NCBI GenBank assembly: GCA_028280525.1
Contig: JANQLR010000329.1
Span: 1-61,539, forward strand
DNA length: 61,539 nt
From: Longimicrobiales bacterium
GTDB taxonomy: Bacteria > Gemmatimonadota > Gemmatimonadetes > Longimicrobiales > Gaopeijiaceae
Direction: 5' to 3'
Shown here: positions 27,569 through 37,305 of the stretch, one piece after another
Layout: the number at the start of each line of letters is the position of its first letter
How positions within the stretch are numbered: position 1 is the first letter of the stretch
Translations under genes and position numbers: made by a program
Notes under the pieces: model-generated
The model's database searches: none
What the model saw: only the letters and a program-made list of their open reading frames with translations
Told to the model about the DNA's origin: nothing

Positions 27569-29761
27569 ATGCCGGCTCGCAACAAGATTCACTATCTCCC
27601 CGAGCGCATCGAAGGCCTCGCGGACCTCGCGCTGAACCTCTGGTGGCGCTGGGATCGGGACGCCCGAACGCTCCTCGCGTCGATCGACCTGGACCTCTGG
27701 CGGAGCCAGCGGCACAACCCCGTCGTGATGCTCCGGACGTGCGACCCCGCCCGTCTGGCGGAGCTGGCGAAGGACGAGTCCTTCCTGGCGGCCTACGACT
27801 CGGTCATGGAGCGCTTCGAAGAGGTGCGGAAGTCGGGTGGGCGCTGGTTCCGGGAGCAGTTCCCCGACCTGGACGGCCGCCCGGTCGCCTACTTCTGTGC
27901 CGAGTTCGGTCTGCACTCGTCGATCCCGATCTACTCCGGGGGTCTCGGCGTTCTGGCCGGGGACCACTGCAAGTCGGCCTCGGATCTGGGCGTGCCCTTC
28001 GTGGGCGTGGGTCTGCTCTACGCCCGGGGCTACTTCGACCAGACGATCAACCTCGACGGCTGGCAGATGAGTTCGGCGGTCGACTTCGACTTCGAGCGCA
28101 TGCCGCTCTCGCGCCTGACCGGTCCGGACGGCAGCTACCGCCTGACCAGGCTCGAGACCGCCGGTCGGCAGATCAGCCTGGGTGCGTGGGAGCTCCTCGC
28201 CGGCTCCACCCGGCTCATCCTCCTGGACGCCGATCTCGAGGAGAACCACCCCGATGACCGCGAGCTGACCCACACCCTCTACGGTGGGGGCGGGGAGTAC
28301 CGGCTCAAGCAGGAGTGGATCCTGGGCGTCGGCGGCGTACGCGTCCTCCGCGCGCTGGGGATCGAGCCCGGGGCGTGGCACGCGAACGAGGGGCATTCGG
28401 CCTTCATGATGGTCGAGCGCGTCCGCGAGAAGGTTCAGGCGGGGACGGAGTGGGCCGACGCGGTACGCGAGGTCCGGGCCCGCTCGGTCTTCACGACGCA
28501 CACCCCGGTCCCGGCCGGTCACGACGTCTTCCCGCAGGACCTGATCCGGCGCGTCTGCGGGACGTATCACGAGGGCCTCGGGGTGAACGAGACCGAGTTC
28601 TTCGAGCTCGGCCGGAACCCGGGCGCGGACGACGGCGGCTTCCACATCACCGCGACCGCGATCCGCCTCTCGCGTCACATCAACGGCGTCTCGCGCCTGC
28701 ACGGCGAGGTGAGCCGCGGCATGTGGCAGTCGATGTGGCCGGGCCGCGCCGTCAGCCGGGTACCCATCGGATCCGTCACCAACGGCGTCCACCTCGGCTC
28801 GTGGATGTCGCGCGCCTTCATCGGGCTCCTCGACGAGGTCTTCGGTCGCGACTGGGAGAAGGAACTCCACACCGACGCAGAGTGGGAGCGGGTCGCGGAG
28901 ATCGACGACGAGCGGTTCTGGCAGGCGCACCTGGTCCAGAAGCTCGGCCTCCTGACCTTCTGCCGCGAGGAGGCTCGCCGCCGGTGGAAGCGCCTCTGGC
29001 GGGAGGCGTCGCACCTGGTCGGCGCGGGAACCCTCCTGAGCCCGCAGCCACTCACCATCGGCTTCGCGCGACGCTTTGCGACGTACAAGCGGGGAGACCT
29101 CCTCTTCCGGGACGAGGAGCGCCTGCGCCTCCTCCTCACCGATGTGAAGCGCCCGGTCCAGCTCGTCTTCGCCGGGAAGGCGCACCCCGCGGACGACGAG
29201 GGGAAGCGGGTCCTGCAGCGCGTCTGGCACGCCACCCGCGACCCCCGCTTCGAGGGCCGGATCGCCTTCATCGAGGACTACGACCTCCACGTCGCCCACC
29301 GGATGGTCCAGGGCGTCGACCTCTGGCTGAACCTGCCGCGCGTCCCGAAGGAGGCCTCCGGGACCTCCGGCATGAAGGCCGCGCTGAACGGCGTCCCGCA
29401 GCTCTCGACCGTGGACGGCTGGTGGGCCGAGGGCTTCAACGGCGACAACGGGTGGGCGATCCCGCGCGTGAATGGCTCGGCGGAGGAGGTCGACAACCTC
29501 GACCACCGCGCGGTCTTCGAGATCCTGGAGCGCCAGGTGGTGCCGTCGTACTACGAGCGCGACGAGCGCGGCATCCCGCTCGACTGGGTCCGCCGCATGA
29601 AGGCCTCCGTGATCGAGGCCGGAAAGCACTTCACGATGGGCCGCATGGTCGCCGAGTACGCCGAGAAGTACTACGCGCCCGCACTCCAAGGGGATGGAGA
29701 GGGCGACGACCTTCCCGTCATTCCGCGCCTGACCGACGCGCTGGCGATCGCCGGCGACTGA
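27569..29761 (+). CDS. glgP: Alpha-glucan (glycogen/maltodextrin) phosphorylase
   Basis: LALNLWWRW, AYFCAEFG, YSGGLGVLAGDHCKSASDLG, HANEGH, FARRFATYKR, EASGTSGMKAALNG (PLP Lys). Confidence 0.95.
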   Translation: MPARNKIHYLPERIEGLADLALNLWWRWDRDARTLLASIDLDLWRSQRHNPVVMLRTCDPARLAELAKDESFLAAYDSVMERFEEVRKSGGRWFREQFPDLDGRPVAYFCAEFGLHSSIPIYSGGLGVLAGDHCKSASDLGVPFVGVGLLYARGYFDQTINLDGWQMSSAVDFDFERMPLSRLTGPDGSYRLTRLETAGRQISLGAWELLAGSTRLILLDADLEENHPDDRELTHTLYGGGGEYRLKQEWILGVGGVRVLRALGIEPGAWHANEGHSAFMMVERVREKVQAGTEWADAVREVRARSVFTTHTPVPAGHDVFPQDLIRRVCGTYHEGLGVNETEFFELGRNPGADDGGFHITATAIRLSRHINGVSRLHGEVSRGMWQSMWPGRAVSRVPIGSVTNGVHLGSWMSRAFIGLLDEVFGRDWEKELHTDAEWERVAEIDDERFWQAHLVQKLGLLTFCREEARRRWKRLWREASHLVGAGTLLSPQPLTIGFARRFATYKRGDLLFRDEERLRLLLTDVKRPVQLVFAGKAHPADDEGKRVLQRVWHATRDPRFEGRIAFIEDYDLHVAHRMVQGVDLWLNLPRVPKEASGTSGMKAALNGVPQLSTVDGWWAEGFNGDNGWAIPRVNGSAEEVDNLDHRAVFEILERQVVPSYYERDERGIPLDWVRRMKASVIEAGKHFTMGRMVAEYAEKYYAPALQGDGEGDDLPVIPRLTDALAIAGD

Positions 29762-29800
29762 CCTTTCGGGTGGATCTGCGGATCCCCCGGCCCGAGGTAC

Positions 29801-29836
29801 CCGCCCTCTCTCCCGCACGTTCAGGAGAGGGGGCGG
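29801..29836. terminator. Hairpin between convergent glgP and glgB
   Basis: CCGCCCTCTCTCC-N10-GGAGAGGGGGCGG. Confidence 0.6.
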
Positions 29837-29839
29837 TTC

Positions 29840-32035
29840 CTATTCCGCCCGCTCGAAGACCAGCACCGAGAGCCCCGGGAGCGGCACCTTCAGCGTGAAG
29901 TCGCGCCCGTTCATCGGGGTGTCTTCCGCGTGGAGCACCTCGGGGACGAAGTGCCCGGGTCCGCCGTACACGGGCGCGCCCGAGTTCAGGATCACCCGCC
30001 ACCCCCCACCAAAGGGGACCGGCACCGGGTAGGCGTCCCGGTGGACCGGAGTCAGGTTGACCACCACCACGAGCGGATCCGTCCACCCCGGCCCCCAGCG
30101 CAGGAAGGAGAGGGTGGTGTCCTCCGGGCGGTCCATATCGAGCCACTCGAAGCCCTCGTCACTCCCGTCGAGGGCGTGCAGCGCGGGGTGCTCGCGCTGG
30201 AGCCGGTTGAGGTCGGTGACGAGGCGACGCACGCCGGCGTGCGCGTCGAACCCCTCCAACGCCCAATCGACCGACCCGTCCACGTCCCACTCACCCCACT
30301 GCGCGAGCTCGCACCCCATGAAGAGGAGCTTCTTGCCGGGGTGCATCCACTGCCAGGTGAGGAGGGTTCGGAGCTGGGCGAACTTCTCGGGATCGTGCCC
30401 CGGCATCTTCCGCAGCAGGGAGCCCTTGCCGTGCACGACCTCGTCGTGGGAGAGGGGGAGGAGGTAGCGCTCGCTCCAGGCGTAGACGATCGAGAAGGTC
30501 GCCTTCCCGAAGTGGTACTTCCGGTGGACGGGATCCTCCTCCATGAAGGAGAGGGTGTCGTTCATCCACCCCATGTTCCACTTGAGGTCGAAGCCGAGAC
30601 CGCCGTCGAAGGTCGGCCGCGTGACGCCGTCCCACGCCGTCGACTCCTCGGCGATGGTGAGCACGTCCGGGTGCCGCTCGTGCACCACGTGGTTCATGTG
30701 CCGCAGGAAGTCGACCGCCTCCAGGCTGACGTTCCCGCCCTCCCGATTCGGGAGCCACTCCCCCTCCTCGCGCGAGTAGTCCAGGTAGAGCATCGAGGCG
30801 ACGGCGTCCACGCGAAGCCCGTCGAAGTGGAAGTCCTCGATCCAGTGGAGCGCGGAGGAGGTCAGGAAGTTGCGGACCGGGGTCTTGCCGTAGTCGAAGG
30901 TCAGCGTGCCCCAGTCCGGGTGCCACGCCTGTCGGTCGTCCCAGTGCTCGTAGAGCGGGGTGCCGTCGAAGCGGCCCAGGCCGTGCGGGTCCTGGGCGAA
31001 GTGACCCGGGACCCAGTCGAGGATCACCCCGATCCCGAGCTCGTGCGCCCGATTGATGAAGCCGCGCAGGTCGTCCGGACCCCCGAAGCGGGAGGTCGGC
31101 GCGAAGAAGCCGAGCGGCTGGTACCCCCAGCTCTGGTCGAGGGGGTGCTCGGTGATCGGCAGGAGCTCCACGTGGGTGAAGCCCATCTCCTTCACGTACG
31201 GGAGGAGCTGTTCGGAGAGGTCGTACCACCCGAGCCAGCTCCCATCCCCGTTCCGTCGCCACGAACCCGGATGGACCTCGTAGATCGAGATCGGCGCGCC
31301 GGGCGCGTGGCGCCCGCTCCGGGAGGCCATCCACTCCTCGTCGGTCCAGCGGAAGGCGGAGGGGTGAGGAATGATCGACGCGGTACGCGGTCGAACCTCG
31401 GCGGCGCGCGCGAGCGGGTCGGCCTTCTCGATGCGCTCTCCGTTCGAGGTCCACACCTCGTACTTGTAGCGACCGCCCGAGGGTGCGTCAGGCACGAAGA
31501 GCTCCCACACGCCGGTCGCTCCACGCGGGCGCATCGGTGAGCAGCGCGGGTCCCACCCGTTCAGGTCACCGGTGACGTGCACCGCGCGCGCGTGCGGGGC
31601 CCAGACGGAGAAGTGCGTCCCCTTCACCCCCTCCGCCTCGGTGCGCCGGCACCCGAGCACGTCGTGCAGCCGGCGCTCGTCCCCGGAGAGGAACCGATGG
31701 ACCCGTTCCTCGTCCACGATGGGCCCGAATCGGTACGGGTCTTCGCGGAACCATTCGTTGCCGGAGCCGTCGCGGACGACGAGTCGATACCGGGGTGGTA
31801 CCGATCCGTGACCTGCGCCTTTCCCGCCCCCCGCCGGCACTCGTACCTTCCAGCCACCCCGAGGTCGGCCGGAGCGCTTCATCGGGATGCGCGTTCCGTC
31901 GATCAACGCCTCGACCTTCGAGGCCCAGGGCAGAAAGACCCGGATGACCCACCCACCCTCCCCATCCGGATGGATGCCCAGGAAGGAGAAGGGGTCGCGG
32001 CATTCGCCCCGTGCGAGTTCTGCGAAGCTGGACAT
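29840..32035 (-). CDS. glgB: 1,4-alpha-glucan branching enzyme
   Basis: FSVWAPHA, IYEVHPGSW, SWGYQ, DWVPGHF, DGLRVDAVASMLY, AEEST, KWNMGWMNDT, LPLSHDEVVHGKGSL. Confidence 0.95.
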   Translation of the reverse strand: MSSFAELARGECRDPFSFLGIHPDGEGGWVIRVFLPWASKVEALIDGTRIPMKRSGRPRGGWKVRVPAGGGKGAGHGSVPPRYRLVVRDGSGNEWFREDPYRFGPIVDEERVHRFLSGDERRLHDVLGCRRTEAEGVKGTHFSVWAPHARAVHVTGDLNGWDPRCSPMRPRGATGVWELFVPDAPSGGRYKYEVWTSNGERIEKADPLARAAEVRPRTASIIPHPSAFRWTDEEWMASRSGRHAPGAPISIYEVHPGSWRRNGDGSWLGWYDLSEQLLPYVKEMGFTHVELLPITEHPLDQSWGYQPLGFFAPTSRFGGPDDLRGFINRAHELGIGVILDWVPGHFAQDPHGLGRFDGTPLYEHWDDRQAWHPDWGTLTFDYGKTPVRNFLTSSALHWIEDFHFDGLRVDAVASMLYLDYSREEGEWLPNREGGNVSLEAVDFLRHMNHVVHERHPDVLTIAEESTAWDGVTRPTFDGGLGFDLKWNMGWMNDTLSFMEEDPVHRKYHFGKATFSIVYAWSERYLLPLSHDEVVHGKGSLLRKMPGHDPEKFAQLRTLLTWQWMHPGKKLLFMGCELAQWGEWDVDGSVDWALEGFDAHAGVRRLVTDLNRLQREHPALHALDGSDEGFEWLDMDRPEDTTLSFLRWGPGWTDPLVVVVNLTPVHRDAYPVPVPFGGGWRVILNSGAPVYGGPGHFVPEVLHAEDTPMNGRDFTLKVPLPGLSVLVFERAE

Positions 32036-32112
32036 GGTCGGCCCGTGGGGTCGGCTGTTGCGGTCGGGGGTACCCGAGTTCCGTGGATCGTCGGATCGGC
32101 AGGGAGAGGATC

Positions 32113-33615
32113 GTGAACCATACAGGTGAAGGGAAGGACCCGGTCGTCGCGACCGGGCCATCCCCGGACATCGTCGTCCACCTGAGCAGCGAATATTGGC
32201 CGTACGCGCGGAGCGGCGGCCTGGGGGAGGCGGTCCGCGGGATCGCGCTCCATCAGGTCAAGGCCGGGTATCCTACGGCGGTGTTCGTGCCGCTCTACCG
32301 TGGGATCCGCGGGCGCTTCGAGCTCGAGCGGTGCGGAGAGCCCTTCGAGGTCGACGTCGGCTGGCGCAAGCACCAGATCCAGATCTGGCGACACGTCCAG
32401 CCGCAGCCGAGCCCCTGCACCTGGTTCGTCGGATGCGACGAGCTCTTCGATCGGGGGGGGCTCTACGGCGACGAGTACGGCGAGTTCGGGGACAACCCGC
32501 TCCGCTTCGCGGTCTACTCCCGCGCGGCGCTGGCCTGGCTGCCCCAGCTCTCCGATACGCCGCCGACGCTTCACATCCACGACTGGCACGCCTCGGTCGC
32601 CGCGGTCCAGCTGCGCGCGCTCCTGCAGGACGACCCGTGGTACCGCCAGGTCCCCGTGGTCGTGACGGTGCACAACGGCGGATACCAGGGGTGGTACCAC
32701 GCCGGCCTGATCCACGACCTCGGGCTCCCCGAGTGGCTCAACGACGACCGCTTCATGCGGTGGAAGGGGAACGCGAACCTGCTCCGCGGCGGCCTCGCCT
32801 TCGCCGACATGGTGACGACGGTGAGTCCGAACCACGCCCTGGAGCTGAAGACGGACATGGGTGGCGCGGGGCTCGATCCGGTCTACCGGGAGATGGGCAA
32901 CTCCCTCGTGGGGATCCTGAACGGGATCGACTACGAGGTGTGGAATCCGGAGACCGACCCGGAGATCCTGGAGAACTACGACTCGACCACCCTGCACCTG
33001 CGGGCGGCGAACAAGGCGCGCCTGCAGCGACACCTGGGTCTCGACCTCGACCCGGACGCGCCGCTCTTCTCGATGACGGCGCGCCTCGCACACCAGAAGG
33101 GCTTCGACATCATCCTCCCGTCGGGGGTGATCGGGGCCGAGGGTACGCAGTGGGCCTTCCTCGGCGAGGGCGAGGAGCGGTACGCCCGGGCGTTGGGAGA
33201 ACTGGCCGCCGCGCACCCCGGCCGGGTCGCGGCGACCTTCACCTTCGAGGAGCGGCGGGAGCACCACCTGCTCGGCGCGGCCGACTTCCTCCTCATGCCG
33301 TCGCTCTACGAGCCGTGCGGCCTGACGCAGATGCGGTCGCAGCGCTACGGATCGCTCCCGGTCGCGCGCCGCGTGGGGGGCCTCGCCGACACGATCGTGG
33401 AGGGCGAGACGGGGATTCTCTTCGACGAGTACACCCCGGAGTCCTTCGCCGACGCGATCCACAGGGCCCGCGCGCTGTACGCCGATCGCGAGCGGATGAA
33501 CGCGGCGATCAAGACGGCGATGCACCGCGACTTCAGCTGGGAAAACTCGGTGATCCGCTACCGCTCCGTCTACGATCAGGCACACCGCAACCGGAGTGCG
33601 GCGATCGGGGGGTGA
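32113..33615 (+). CDS. glgA: Glycogen synthase (GT5)
   Basis: ARSGGLGE, HIHDWH, TVHN.GYQG, TVSP, GILNGIDY..WNP, QKG, MPSLYEPCGLTQM, GGLADT. Confidence 0.92.
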   Translation: MNHTGEGKDPVVATGPSPDIVVHLSSEYWPYARSGGLGEAVRGIALHQVKAGYPTAVFVPLYRGIRGRFELERCGEPFEVDVGWRKHQIQIWRHVQPQPSPCTWFVGCDELFDRGGLYGDEYGEFGDNPLRFAVYSRAALAWLPQLSDTPPTLHIHDWHASVAAVQLRALLQDDPWYRQVPVVVTVHNGGYQGWYHAGLIHDLGLPEWLNDDRFMRWKGNANLLRGGLAFADMVTTVSPNHALELKTDMGGAGLDPVYREMGNSLVGILNGIDYEVWNPETDPEILENYDSTTLHLRAANKARLQRHLGLDLDPDAPLFSMTARLAHQKGFDIILPSGVIGAEGTQWAFLGEGEERYARALGELAAAHPGRVAATFTFEERREHHLLGAADFLLMPSLYEPCGLTQMRSQRYGSLPVARRVGGLADTIVEGETGILFDEYTPESFADAIHRARALYADRERMNAAIKTAMHRDFSWENSVIRYRSVYDQAHRNRSAAIGG

Positions 33616-33706
33616 ATCCCCCGCCTCGACGGCTTGCGCGCACAGCCCTCGGCGGCCCAGTCTGACGGGATCGGCAGGATCGACATCCCGAGGATCGCGG
33701 GACTCC

Positions 33707-35659
33707 ATGAACGCCCATGAAGCGCTGCACGCCCTGGCCTGGGAGGCCGGGGTCTATACCCGTTTCCACGACGGCCTCGGTCGCGTGGTCGCTCCGTCCA
33801 CCGAGACGCTCGTTCGCGTGCTCGCGGCGCTCGGGCTCCCCATCGAATCGGAGGAGGACGCGCCCGCCGCGCTCGACTTCTTCCGCCGGGAGCGCGAGGC
33901 CGAACTGCTGCCGCCGGTCGCGGTCGCGTGGGACGGCCACCTGCACGTTCAGGCGAAGGGGGTCGGCCTCCTCACGCCGAGCCTCGAGCTCGAGGGCGGC
34001 GGACAGGTCGAGGTGAGCCAGGACGGGGGGTGGATCCGCTCCGTCGAGCCCCTCCCCTGGGGGTACCATCGCCTCCTCCTGTCGACGCCCGTCCTGTGCG
34101 CCGAGTGCACCGTCATCTCCGCGCCGCAGCGGGCGTGGCGGGACCCCGAAGCCGGGCCGCGCCGGTGGGGCGTCGGGACGCAGCTCCCCGCCCTTCGACG
34201 CACCCGGAGTCGCTCCGTGGGGGACCTCTCCGATCTGACCTTCCTCTGCGAGAAGCTCGCCGAGTACGGGTGCGACCTCGTCACCGTCCTCCCCCTCCTG
34301 CCGACCTTCAACGACGCTCCCGCGGAGCCGAGCCCGTACTCCCCGGTCTCCCGGCTCTTCTGGTCCGAGATCGTCCTCGACCTGGGCGAGACGACCGAGG
34401 CCGTCGGTGCGGTCGACACGCTCGACGTGAGCGCCGCCGACGCCGAGGTACGCGCTGCGCTCGCAGGCGCCGGAGATCCGGGGGCGAGGGGCGTCGACGC
34501 CGAACTCCGTCGCTACGCGGACTTCCGGGGCGCCCAGAAGCGACTGGGCCGGAACTGGCGGGACTGGCCCGAGCCGGCGCGCTCCGGCCACCCGACCCCC
34601 GAGCAGATCGACCCCGAGGAGGGCCGGTATCACCGCGTCGCCCAGACCGCGATTCGGAAGCAGCTGGACGAGGTGAAGGCGCGGGTCGAGGGCGCCGGGG
34701 TGCACCTCGGGCTCGACCTCGCGGTCGGCGCCCACCCGGACGGGTACGACTCGTGGTCCCGGCAGGAGATCTTCGCGAACGGCATCTCGGTGGGCGCGCC
34801 GCCGGACGGCGGCTTTCCAAGCGGCCAGGACTGGGGCTTCGCCCCGGTGATCCCCGCCGCTTCCCGGCGGGAGGGACATCGCTACCTGGCCGCCTCGATC
34901 GCGCACCAGGCCGCGCTCACCGGGGTCCTGCGCATCGACCACATCATGGCTTTCACGCGGCTCTACTGGATCCCGCACGGAATGAGCCTGCACGAGGGCA
35001 CCTACGTCCACTATCCCGCCGACGAGCTCTTCGCGATCCTGACGCTCGAGTCGCACCGGAACGAGTGCGAGGTCGTCGGGGAGAACCTGGGGACGGTGCC
35101 GCCCGAGATCGGCCTGGCGCTCCCCCGTCACGGCATCCGGGGGATGCACCTGGCGATGTTCGTCGCGAGCGACGAGTCGCCTCCCCCACCGGCCCGTGAC
35201 GAGGTGGGATTCGTCGGCACCCACGACACCCCGACCTTCGCGGGGTGGGTCGCCGGCGTCGACATCGCCGAGCGGGTGCGCTGCGGGCTCCTCCCGGCGG
35301 AGGACGAGGAGGCGGAGCGAGAGGCCCGCGCCACGGCCGTGGAGAATCTGGCCGCCGTCGTCGGCTCGGACCCGGACGACGTCCCCGGCTACCTGGACGC
35401 GGTGCTCGACTGGACCGCCGACTCACCCTCTCCCCTGATCCTCCCCTGGGTCGAAGACCTCTGGCTCGAGATGGATCAGGTGAACCTTCCCGGGACCCCC
35501 TCGTCCCAGCGACCGAACTGGCAGCGGCCCCTGTCGGCTCCACTCGAAGAGCTCATCGACCGTGAAGAGGTCGACCGTCGCCTGCGCCGCATCGCGGCCG
35601 TGCGCGCGGGAGCCGCCTCCGCGACCCCCGCCTCCCCCTCCGAGACGTCCCCGTCATGA
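33707..35659 (+). CDS. malQ: 4-alpha-glucanotransferase (GH77)
   Basis: SPYSPVSR, DLAVG, GAPPD..GQDWG, LRIDH, GENLG, THD catalytic triad, NLPGT...PNW. Confidence 0.9.
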   Translation: MNAHEALHALAWEAGVYTRFHDGLGRVVAPSTETLVRVLAALGLPIESEEDAPAALDFFRREREAELLPPVAVAWDGHLHVQAKGVGLLTPSLELEGGGQVEVSQDGGWIRSVEPLPWGYHRLLLSTPVLCAECTVISAPQRAWRDPEAGPRRWGVGTQLPALRRTRSRSVGDLSDLTFLCEKLAEYGCDLVTVLPLLPTFNDAPAEPSPYSPVSRLFWSEIVLDLGETTEAVGAVDTLDVSAADAEVRAALAGAGDPGARGVDAELRRYADFRGAQKRLGRNWRDWPEPARSGHPTPEQIDPEEGRYHRVAQTAIRKQLDEVKARVEGAGVHLGLDLAVGAHPDGYDSWSRQEIFANGISVGAPPDGGFPSGQDWGFAPVIPAASRREGHRYLAASIAHQAALTGVLRIDHIMAFTRLYWIPHGMSLHEGTYVHYPADELFAILTLESHRNECEVVGENLGTVPPEIGLALPRHGIRGMHLAMFVASDESPPPPARDEVGFVGTHDTPTFAGWVAGVDIAERVRCGLLPAEDEEAEREARATAVENLAAVVGSDPDDVPGYLDAVLDWTADSPSPLILPWVEDLWLEMDQVNLPGTPSSQRPNWQRPLSAPLEELIDREEVDRRLRRIAAVRAGAASATPASPSETSPS

Positions 35660-37305
35660 CCCCAGAAGCACCGACCCCCGGTCAGCCGGCGGCCACGCGC
35701 GAGACCGCGCACGGGCCGCTCCAGACGGCGACCGACGCCCTCCGTCCGAAGCCCCGGCTCTCCTTCTGGGAGGTCTGGAACATGTCCTTCGGCTTCCTGG
35801 GGATTCAGTTCGGGTTCGCCCTGCAGAACGCCAACGTGTCCCGGATCTTCGAGACGCTGGGCGCGAGCGTGGAGAACATTCCGATTCTCTGGATCGCGGC
35901 GCCGCTCACCGGGCTCATCGTCCAGCCGATCGTCGGCTATTTCTCGGATCGCACCTGGGGACGGCTCGGGCGACGGCGGCCCTACTTCCTGGGGGGCGCG
36001 ATCTTCGCCTCCCTCGCGCTGATCGCGATGCCGAACTCGCCCGTCCTCTGGGTCGCGGCGGGGATGCTCTGGATCATGGACGCCGCGATCAACATCTCGA
36101 TGGAGCCCTTCCGCGCCTTCGTGGGGGACAACCTCCCCTCCGAACAGCGCTCGACCGGATTCGCGATGCAGTCCTTCTTCATCGGGATCGGCGCGGTCGT
36201 CGCCTCGATGATGCCGTGGATCCTGACGCAGATGGGGGTCGCCAACGAGGCGCCGGAGGGGGTCATCCCCGACTCGGTGCGCCTCTCCTTCTACTTCGGC
36301 GCGGCGGTCTTCTTCGTCGCCGTGCTCTGGACGGTGGTGAAGTCGAAGGAGTACTCGCCCGAGGAGATGGCGACCTTCATCGACCACCACGACGTGGAGG
36401 CCGAGTACGACAAGGGCGACCGTAGCGAGCAGGAGTGGCAGCGCCACGCCGGCACCCAGCTCCGTCGGGGCGCCGTCCTCACGGTGGTCGGGGGCGTTGG
36501 CCTCGCCTGGATGCTCTCGCAGATGGAGGAGCTCGCCGAGCCGGTCATCCTTCCGGCGATGATCCTCGTGCTGGGTCTGCTCCTGATCGTGAGCGGCATG
36601 GTCCAGAGGGGAGGGAGCCGCGAGAACGGCTTCGTGACGATCCTGAACGATCTGCAGGAGATGCCCGCGACCATGCGGCAGCTCGCCTGGGTCCAGTTCT
36701 TCTCCTGGTTCGCCCTCTTCGCGATGTGGATCTACTCCACGGCCGCGGTGACGAGCTACATCTACGGCACCACGGACACGACCTCCACCCTCTACAACGA
36801 GGGGGCGAACTGGGTCGGCGTGATCTTCGGCGCCTACAACGGGATCGCCGCGGTGGTGGCCTTCGCGATCCCGGTCCTGGCGGCGAAGACCTCCCGGAAG
36901 ATCGCGCACGCGATCTGTCTCCTCTGCGGCGCGGCGGGACTCCTCTCCTTCCTGGTCGTCCCGAGCGCGTCGTGGCTGCTGGCCTCGATGGTCGGGGTCG
37001 GAATCGCGTGGGCCAGCATCCTGTCGATGCCGTACGCGATCCTCACCGGGTGTCTGCCGGCCGACAAGATGGGCTACTACATGGGGGTCTTCAATTTCTT
37101 CATCGTGATCCCGCAGATCATCGCCGCGGCGATCCTCGGCTTCTTCATCGGCCGCTTCTTCGGAGGCGAGGCGATCTGGGCGCTGGTGATCGGAGGCGGC
37201 TCGCTCGTCCTCGCGGCGGCGCTGACGCTGCGGGTCGAGGACAAGGACGACGTGGCCGCGCAGGGCGGCTCGACCCGGACGACCGAGATGGCGGGGGCGG
37301 CGTGA
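35656..37305 (+). CDS. MFS maltose/maltodextrin transporter (SLC45/MalT-like)
   Basis: WNMSFGFLGIQFGFALQNAN, QPIVGYFSDRTW.RLGRRRPYF, NISMEPFRA, MGVFNFFIVIPQ. Confidence 0.9.
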   Translation: MTPEAPTPGQPAATRETAHGPLQTATDALRPKPRLSFWEVWNMSFGFLGIQFGFALQNANVSRIFETLGASVENIPILWIAAPLTGLIVQPIVGYFSDRTWGRLGRRRPYFLGGAIFASLALIAMPNSPVLWVAAGMLWIMDAAINISMEPFRAFVGDNLPSEQRSTGFAMQSFFIGIGAVVASMMPWILTQMGVANEAPEGVIPDSVRLSFYFGAAVFFVAVLWTVVKSKEYSPEEMATFIDHHDVEAEYDKGDRSEQEWQRHAGTQLRRGAVLTVVGGVGLAWMLSQMEELAEPVILPAMILVLGLLLIVSGMVQRGGSRENGFVTILNDLQEMPATMRQLAWVQFFSWFALFAMWIYSTAAVTSYIYGTTDTTSTLYNEGANWVGVIFGAYNGIAAVVAFAIPVLAAKTSRKIAHAICLLCGAAGLLSFLVVPSASWLLASMVGVGIAWASILSMPYAILTGCLPADKMGYYMGVFNFFIVIPQIIAAAILGFFIGRFFGGEAIWALVIGGGSLVLAAALTLRVEDKDDVAAQGGSTRTTEMAGAA

